NCBI GenBank assembly: GCA_965214705.1
Contig: CBDCCI010000002.1
Coordinates: forward strand, 800,001-864,000
Direction of reading: 5' to 3'
DNA length: 64,000 nt
DNA from: Alphaproteobacteria bacterium
GTDB taxonomy: Bacteria; Pseudomonadota; Alphaproteobacteria; UBA828
Of the stretch, positions 58,001 to 64,000 are shown in pieces; the stretch's first letter is position 1; each line of letters begins with the position of its first letter. The position numbers and the translations under genes are program-made. The notes under the pieces are model-generated. The model was given only the letters and a program-made list of their open reading frames with translations. It searched no databases and had not been told where the DNA came from.

Positions 58001-60064
58001 TCAGCCACTTGTGTCGATGTGGAAGTTGCCGCCCGCGTCCGTGCGCGCCCGTTGGCCCGCGAGCAGCAGAATGGTGGTCGTGTCGCTGTCGATCAGCGCG
58101 GGGCCTACGATCTCGGCGCCCGCAGGCGGCGCGTTGCCGTCGTAGGCGGGAAGCTGGCGGAAGGCCCGCTCCTCGCCCAGGTAGACCGCGCGCTGGCCCC
58201 GCTCTGGCAGGCGCCCGCCGGCGTGCATGGCGTCCCGGTCTACTCCGGCTGCGGCGCTGCTGCCCGTGCCGATGGCGCGCACGGTCCAGGTGGTGAACTC
58301 GACCTCGCCGTCGTCCTCCCGGATGGTATGGATGCGCTCGTGCATGGCGTGGAACGCGTCCGAGAGCGCGAGCACGTCGGCCTCGCCAAGCGCCCCATCC
58401 GTCGGCGCGAAGGGCGCCTCGATCTCCCACGACTGGTACTTGTAGCGGGCCTGGAAGGCGTATTCGTAGCGGCGCTCCGCCTCCGGCACGCCGGCGCGCT
58501 CGAGGAAGCGCCGCGCCCGCTTGTGGAGCGCCGCGAGCGTGCGGTTCACGGCGTCGAGCGCGAAGTGGCGGTTGCTGGTGTGGAGCGTCGCGGTCTCCTC
58601 GCCTCGGATATCCGTGACCAGCCCGCCGAAGGCGCTCAGACCCGCCGCCACCCCCGGCACCATGAAGCGCCCGATGCCCAGCGCTTGCGCCATCTCGCCG
58701 ATGTGGCAGGCGGTGGCGCCGCCGCCCGCCACCAGGAAGCTATCACGCGGGTCGATGCCCTCGTTGACGGTGATGTCCTCGATCGCCGCGATCATGTTCT
58801 CGTTGCTGGTGACGTGGATCGCGTAGGCCGCCTCGGCCAGCTCCAGCCCGAGCGCGTCAGCCACCGTGGCGACGGCCCGGTGCGCGGCGTCGGTATCCAG
58901 GGGCAGGCGACCGCCCAGGAAGTAAGCGGGGTCGAGCAGCCCCAGCACCAGGTTGGCGTCGGTCACCGTGGGCCGCGTGCCGCCCCGCCCGTAGGCCGCA
59001 GGGCCCGGATCGGCGCCCGCGCTCACCGGACCCACCCGCAGCAGGCCGCCGGAATCGACCCAGGCGATGCTGCCGCCGCCCGCGCCCACCGAGCGCACGT
59101 CGATCTTGGGCAGCCCCAGCAGGTCGTCCACGATCGGCGCCTCGGTGGTGCGGATCAGCGCGCGGTCGCGGATGGCCGAGACGTCGAAGGTGGTGCCGCC
59201 CATGTCGATGACGACGATGTCGGGCTCGTCCGAGAGCGCGAGCGCGGCGATGGGGGCGAGAGTCGGCCCGCTCATCACCGCGTGGATCGGGCGCGCGGCG
59301 ATCTCGCCCACGGTCATCATGCCGCCCTGGCAGTTGGCGACCAGCAGCGTGCCCTGGAAGCCGGCCTCGCGCACCGCGCTATCCAGTCGGCCGAGATAGG
59401 CGGGCACGATGGCGTGCAGCGCGGCGTCGATGGCGGTGGCAATGGTGCGGCGATACTCGCGCGGAATCGGGTTGAGCGCGTGGCTGAGGGTCACCGGCAC
59501 CTCGGGCCAGAGCTCGCCCACGATCTCGCCCACGCGGCGCTCGTGCGCGGGCTCCACCACGGACCAGAGCAGGCTGACTGCGATGGCATCCACCGGGCAG
59601 CGCCTGAAGTGGTCCACGGCCGCGCGCACGTCCTCTTCGGCGAGCGGCGCGATCTCGTTGCCGCGCGCGTCGATCCGGCCGCGCACCTCGCAGGTGCGGT
59701 TGCGGGGGACGAAAGGCCGGGGATAGTCGAGCCGCCAGTCGAAGGCGCGCTTGCGCGGCGCCTCGCGCAGGGTCAGCACGTCCGGGTGGCCGGCGGTGCA
59801 GATCAGCCCGACCGCGCCGGTGCGCCCCTCCACCAGCGCGTTGGTGGCGACCGTGGTGCCGTGAACGATGCGCGCCGTCCGGGCGAGGAAGCCGGGCAGG
59901 TCGCAGTCGAAGGCCTGGGCGGCGAGCTCCAGCGCGTCCATGAAGCCCCGCTCGAACGCGGGCGGGGTCGACGGCGCCTTGACCACCGCGCGCCGGCTCC
60001 CGTCCGAGACCACGCAGTCGGTGAAGGTCCCGCCAATGTCGATCGAGACCTGATATTGGCTCAC
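58001..60064 (-). CDS. Hydantoinase A / oxoprolinase family subunit (ATP-dependent)
   Basis: IDIGGTFTD, HGTTVATNA, DMGGTTFDV, GAGGGSIA, SAGADPGPA.YGRGG..PTVTDA. GTG 60064. Confidence 0.92.
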   Translation of the reverse strand: MSQYQVSIDIGGTFTDCVVSDGSRRAVVKAPSTPPAFERGFMDALELAAQAFDCDLPGFLARTARIVHGTTVATNALVEGRTGAVGLICTAGHPDVLTLREAPRKRAFDWRLDYPRPFVPRNRTCEVRGRIDARGNEIAPLAEEDVRAAVDHFRRCPVDAIAVSLLWSVVEPAHERRVGEIVGELWPEVPVTLSHALNPIPREYRRTIATAIDAALHAIVPAYLGRLDSAVREAGFQGTLLVANCQGGMMTVGEIAARPIHAVMSGPTLAPIAALALSDEPDIVVIDMGGTTFDVSAIRDRALIRTTEAPIVDDLLGLPKIDVRSVGAGGGSIAWVDSGGLLRVGPVSAGADPGPAAYGRGGTRPTVTDANLVLGLLDPAYFLGGRLPLDTDAAHRAVATVADALGLELAEAAYAIHVTSNENMIAAIEDITVNEGIDPRDSFLVAGGGATACHIGEMAQALGIGRFMVPGVAAGLSAFGGLVTDIRGEETATLHTSNRHFALDAVNRTLAALHKRARRFLERAGVPEAERRYEYAFQARYKYQSWEIEAPFAPTDGALGEADVLALSDAFHAMHERIHTIREDDGEVEFTTWTVRAIGTGSSAAAGVDRDAMHAGGRLPERGQRAVYLGEERAFRQLPAYDGNAPPAGAEIVGPALIDSDTTTILLLAGQRARTDAGGNFHIDTSG

Positions 60065-60289
60065 CCGCCCTCCACGCCGCTTGCTCACCTGCGCGCGCAT
60101 CCTCGCAACGCGTGCACCGGCGGCGCAAGAGCCGGGCCAGCGGCAGTGTCATCGGCCGCTGCACGCGCCCGCGCGGGGGTGGGGTCGGTGTGCGATCTGT
60201 ACTATGATCTGCCAATTAATGGGCACAAGCCCAAGGCAGGGTGCGGGCAAAGAAAGCGCCAAATAAGCAAGGCGCGCTCGGGGGGAGAC

Positions 60290-61081
60290 ATGAGAGCCAT
60301 CGCGACACTGGCCGTGGCGCTTGCCGCGGCTATCGTCTGGACCGTGGGTTCGGCCAGCGCCTATACCGTGGATTCGGCTAACGCCTACGTCGTCGATACT
60401 TTCAACCGGGTGATGGAAGTGGTCAAGGCGGCAAACGTGCGGGCCGGCCCGAGCACCGAGTACGACGTGCGCGTCATCCTGCACGAAGGAGCGACCGTGC
60501 GCGTGACCGGCGCCGTTCTGGGCCGCGACTGGATGCGGGTCGACCTGCGCGGGGACGGCGACGAGTCTTTCATCTACGCGCCGCTCTTGAGGGAGACCGG
60601 TGCCGCGGCAGGCCTCCGGCCCGTCGGCCCCAACTGGTCTGTCACCCAAAACCAGCCTTGCCACGTGTGGAACGATGGCCAGCGCGGTCAAGAGCCGTTC
60701 ATTTGGTGGGGGGACTGTGTGGACGGCAAGGCCTCGGGCGAGGGACGGCTCATCTGGCATACCCGCTACGGCAGGCACGTTTACGAAGGCAACATGGTGG
60801 CCGGCAAGCAACACGGACATGGGACTCTGCTGCGCAGCGATGCCGCCCGCTACGAAGGCGAATGGCAGGAAGGCAAGAGGCACGGGATCGGCATCTACAC
60901 CTGGGCTGCCGGCCATCGCTACGAGGGCGGCTGGCGCGACGACAGGCCGCACGGCTTCGGCACCGCGACGTTTGCCGATGGCGACGTCCACCAGGGCGAG
61001 TGGCGCCGGGGTTGCTACGGGGAGCGGGACGGAATCTGGTCGGCCCTGATCGCCACCGTGGAAGACTGCGGTTTCAATTAA
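60290..61081 (+). CDS. Exported SH3 (SH3b) + MORN-repeat protein
   Basis: Signal peptide; ANVRAGPSTEY (bacterial SH3); repeats YEGNMVAGKQHGHG, YEGEWQEGKRHGIG, YEGGWRDDRPHGFG. Confidence 0.85.
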   Translation: MRAIATLAVALAAAIVWTVGSASAYTVDSANAYVVDTFNRVMEVVKAANVRAGPSTEYDVRVILHEGATVRVTGAVLGRDWMRVDLRGDGDESFIYAPLLRETGAAAGLRPVGPNWSVTQNQPCHVWNDGQRGQEPFIWWGDCVDGKASGEGRLIWHTRYGRHVYEGNMVAGKQHGHGTLLRSDAARYEGEWQEGKRHGIGIYTWAAGHRYEGGWRDDRPHGFGTATFADGDVHQGEWRRGCYGERDGIWSALIATVEDCGFN

Positions 61082-61186
61082 CCGGCCCGCATCGCTTCAT
61101 AACCTGGCGGCAACCGCCGAACGCCTCACTCGGCGCGGCGAAACCTGCTATGCCTGCGCGCAGTTGACGTTGAGGCGGGCGGTCGG

Positions 61187-62035
61187 ATGCCGAAGCGACT
61201 GAGCGAGACGGAGCGGCGCGGGTTTCACGAGCAGGGCTACTTCGGGCCGTTCCGCGTTATGAGCGTGGGCGAGGCGCAGCACTACCGCGCGGAGCTGGAA
61301 CGCTTCGAGCGGCGCTGGCCGGATGAGCGGCACATGCTCGACCAGGGCGCCTCCTTGCTTTGCCCCTGGATCGACGAATTCACCCGCCATCCCGGCCTGC
61401 TCGACCCGATGGAGGACCTGCTCGGGCCCAATCTTCTGGTCTGGGGCGTCTCGCTCAGGCTCAAGGAAGCGGACGGCAGGACCTTCGCCGGCTGGCATCA
61501 GGACACCGCCTACTGCGACATCAAGCCGATTGTGGTGATCGCCGCTTTAGCGCTCTCGGACTGCGGCGAGGACGCAGGGTGCCTCCGCGTGATTCCCGGC
61601 TCCCATCGCGAGGCGCTGCTGCCGCACCGCGAGCACTTCGGCACCGACAGCCTGCTCACCCGCGAGCAGCAGATCGACGCGCCTCTCGATGAGAGCGCCG
61701 CGGTCTCGCTGCCGATGGCGGCGGGCGAGGCGGTCTTCTTCAACAACGCGATCTGCCACTCCTCTGGTCCCAATCGGAGCGACGACCGGCGCATCGTCTT
61801 CCTGATCGAATACGTGCCGACGCACGCCTGGCAGCACGAGCCGCGCGAATCCGCGATGCTGGTGCGGGGCGTTGATCGCTTCCGCCATTTCGATGCCGAC
61901 CCGCGCCCGGTCCAGGAGATGAGCCCGGCGGCGCGCACGGCGTGGCGGCGCAAAGTCGAGGTGCAGGCAGAGGTGCTCTATCGCGGCGCCGCGCATCCGA
62001 CGCGCGCGCTGGCATCGGGAAACCGAACGGCATGA
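61187..62035 (+). CDS. Phytanoyl-CoA dioxygenase (PhyH) family Fe/2OG oxygenase
   Basis: FHEQGY, GWHQD, GCLRVIPGSH and HSSGPNRSDDRR. Confidence 0.9.
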   Translation: MPKRLSETERRGFHEQGYFGPFRVMSVGEAQHYRAELERFERRWPDERHMLDQGASLLCPWIDEFTRHPGLLDPMEDLLGPNLLVWGVSLRLKEADGRTFAGWHQDTAYCDIKPIVVIAALALSDCGEDAGCLRVIPGSHREALLPHREHFGTDSLLTREQQIDAPLDESAAVSLPMAAGEAVFFNNAICHSSGPNRSDDRRIVFLIEYVPTHAWQHEPRESAMLVRGVDRFRHFDADPRPVQEMSPAARTAWRRKVEVQAEVLYRGAAHPTRALASGNRTA

Positions 62036-62057
62036 CAGACGCGCGGGCGGAGGGCGG

Positions 62058-63728
62058 CTACCCCTCGCTCTGAGCGCCCGGCAGAGCGTCCTCGGGTAGC
62101 GCCTGGGTGCCCGAGTCCGTCGCGGTAGGGAATCCAGCGACCACCGCCTCCGCCGCGATGGCGCGGGCGGCGGCGGGGACTGCGGTGCAGAGCGCCATGC
62201 GCACCACCTTGGTCGGGTCCACGATTCCTGCACGGGAGAGGTCGCCGTAGCGCTGCCGGTCCGCATTGAAGCCCCAGCGCGGGTTGTCCTGTGCCAGCGC
62301 GCGGGCGATGGCGTAGGAGCCCTCGCCCCCGGCGTTCTCCACGATCCGCCGCATCGGCGCCTTGAGCGCGGCCGCCAGCGCGCTCACGCCCATGGCCTCG
62401 TCGTCGGTGCAGCCGGCGCGGACGGCGCCGAGCGCGCGCGATGCCTGCATTAGCGCCACGCCGCCGCCGGGCACCACGCCTTCGGCCGCCGCCGCGCGCG
62501 CCGCGTTCAGCGCATCGGTGGCGCGCTCCTTGCGGGCGCGCAGCTCCGCCTCGGTCGCGCCGCCCAGGCGCAGGTGCGCGATGCCGGCGGCAAGGCGGGC
62601 GAGGCGCTCCTGCAGCTTCTCGCGGTCGAAGCTCAGGTATTTCTCCGCCTTGGCTTCGCGGCGCAGCATGGTGCAGCGCTGCGCGATCTCCTGCGCATCG
62701 CCGGCGCCTTCCACGATGGTGGTGCGGTCGCGGGCGACGTGGACGCGCTTCGCCGCGCCCATCATCGCGGGCTTCAGGTTCTCCAGCTTGTTGCCGAGCT
62801 CGTCGGTGACGATCTGGCCGCCGGTCGCGACCGCGATGTCTTCCAGCATCGGCTTGCGCCAGCGCCCGAACCCCGGCGCCTTGACCGCGGCGACGCGGAG
62901 CCCGCCCTGCTGCTTATTCACGGTGAGCGTCGCCAGCGCCTCGCCGACCACGTCCTCGGCGACGATGAGCAGCGCATGCGAGGACTTAGCGAAGGCGCGG
63001 AGCGCCGGCACGATGGCGTCGACACTGGAGATCGTCTGCTCGTGCATCAGCACGTAGGCGTCCTCCAGCGTGACCGTCATGTCGTCGGGGTCGGTGACGA
63101 AGGCGGTAGACACGTAGCCCTTGTCGAAGCTCATGCCCTGGTGCACCGAAAGCTCGCTCTCGATGCCCCTGGCCTCCTCGATGGTGACGACCCCGTCGGG
63201 GCCGACCTGCGCGATGGCGTCCGCGAGGTGCCGGGCGACGTCCTCGTCGCCGCCGGAAGCCAAACGGGCCACACGCTCCAGCCCGCCCTGCGCAGGCAGC
63301 GGGCGGGATTGGCGATCGAGCGCCGCCGTGACCGCGACGAGCCCCCGCTCGATCCCACGCAAAACGCTCATGGGATGGGCACCCGCCGTAGTGGCACGGT
63401 GGCCCTCCGCCATCAGCGCGGCGGCCAGCACCATCGCGGTGGTGGAGCCGTCGCCCACCTCGTCGGTCACCTTCGAGCCCACGTGGCGGATCAGGCGCCC
63501 GCCGATATCCTCGAAGCGGTCTTCGAGGTCGATGTGGCGCGCGATGGTGTAGCCGTCGGTCGAGACCCAGGGCTGGGCGTGGCGGCGCTCGATCAGCACC
63601 GCGCGCCCGCCGGGGCCGAGGGTGGTGCCGACGATTTGGCCGACGGTGGCAGCGCCCCGCAGCAGCGCGGCCTTGGCCTCGGGCCCGGTGCCGATGCGCT
63701 TCGGCCCCGGAATGCCGCCGATCATCAT
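62058..63728 (-). CDS. groL: Divergent group I chaperonin (GroEL-like)
   Basis: TLGPGGR, GDGSTTA, GMSFDKGY, VKAPGFG, DREKLQERLARL, GVVPGGG and GIVDPTKVVR. No GGM tail and no adjacent groES. Confidence 0.88.
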   Translation of the reverse strand: MMIGGIPGPKRIGTGPEAKAALLRGAATVGQIVGTTLGPGGRAVLIERRHAQPWVSTDGYTIARHIDLEDRFEDIGGRLIRHVGSKVTDEVGDGSTTAMVLAAALMAEGHRATTAGAHPMSVLRGIERGLVAVTAALDRQSRPLPAQGGLERVARLASGGDEDVARHLADAIAQVGPDGVVTIEEARGIESELSVHQGMSFDKGYVSTAFVTDPDDMTVTLEDAYVLMHEQTISSVDAIVPALRAFAKSSHALLIVAEDVVGEALATLTVNKQQGGLRVAAVKAPGFGRWRKPMLEDIAVATGGQIVTDELGNKLENLKPAMMGAAKRVHVARDRTTIVEGAGDAQEIAQRCTMLRREAKAEKYLSFDREKLQERLARLAAGIAHLRLGGATEAELRARKERATDALNAARAAAAEGVVPGGGVALMQASRALGAVRAGCTDDEAMGVSALAAALKAPMRRIVENAGGEGSYAIARALAQDNPRWGFNADRQRYGDLSRAGIVDPTKVVRMALCTAVPAAARAIAAEAVVAGFPTATDSGTQALPEDALPGAQSEG

Positions 63729-63791
63729 GGCGTGCGTGCCCGCTGCGGCCGGCCGCTACCGAAAACCCGTGCGGCGCGTGCGGCCTGCGGC

Positions 63792-64000
63792 TCAGCCCTC
63801 GTAGTCGATCGGGGTGGCCTCGCGGTCGTCCTCGTGCCGCACCCAGTAGAGATCGCGCAGCCGCTCGGTCACCGGGCCGGTGGCGCCGTCGCCCACCGGC
63901 TCGTGGTCGATCTTCGTGACCGGCAGGATGCCGCCCGCCGTGCTGGTGACGAAGACCTCGTCGGCACCGCGCAGATCGTCCGGCGAGACGGCGCCGACCT
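63792..64000 (-). CDS. Class IV PLP aminotransferase (C-terminal part; 5' end outside the window)
   Basis: DDLRGADEVFVTSTAGGILPVTKID...GPVTERLRDLYW...TPIDYEG*. Confidence 0.85.
   Translation of the reverse strand, partial: VGAVSPDDLRGADEVFVTSTAGGILPVTKIDHEPVGDGATGPVTERLRDLYWVRHEDDREATPIDYEG

Noticed and set aside
57833-60289. N-terminal ~820 aa of the 1082-aa ORF
   Set aside because: Antisense to hydantoinase A. The real gene starts at ATG 60290, after a GGGGGAG RBS and with a signal peptide.
60780-61010. Periodic sequence that could suggest a CRISPR or tandem array
   Set aside because: The periodicity is 23-aa MORN coding repeats. There are no identical direct repeats with spacers and no cas genes.

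Overview
High-GC bacterial DNA, probably alphaproteobacterial (judged from the REP/MITE types, PuuD and the xdhABC layout). It is gene-dense and mostly catabolic and transport operons. Left to right: (1) 3' end of a MacB/FtsX-type ABC permease, a full-length vitamin K-dependent gamma-carboxylase (HTTM) homologue and a convergent DCC1-type thiol-disulfide protein. (2) A decayed mobile patch (IS3 end inside an integrase remnant, IS21 remnant) around an intact hicAB. (3) An inositol-like catabolic set (Gfo/Idh/MocA dehydrogenase, IolD-like ThDP enzyme, PfkB kinase, unclassified aldolase-like protein, sugar ABC transporter). It is split by a ~4.5 kb block carrying a Tat amidohydrolase + YtkA-like + MauG-type di-haem operon, a DUF6152/DUF6644-like pair, a degenerate partial copy of the di-haem gene and a RelE/RHH toxin-antitoxin pair. 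(4) Divergent glpK/glpD. (5) A purine catabolism operon (uraH, xdhABC, nucleoside ABC transporter, puuD, uraD, guaD) with two MITE-like elements that each enclose a REP doublet. (6) A Rieske oxygenase + NicX-like + TorT-like ABC transporter + amidohydrolase operon. (7) A ~15 kb catabolic operon (hydantoinase/oxoprolinase AB, two ThDP enzymes, ABC transporter, ADH, SnoaL-like, LarA-like). (8) An SH3-MORN protein, a PhyH dioxygenase, an orphan divergent GroEL and a truncated class IV aminotransferase. No rRNA, tRNA or CRISPR array was seen. The best candidates for undescribed systems are the MauG-type His/Tyr di-haem operon (6.4-8.9 kb), the gamma-carboxylase/exporter locus (0-2.7 kb) and the TorT-fed Rieske/NicX pathway (37-44.6 kb). 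All family calls come from motifs recognised by eye; no database searches were run.
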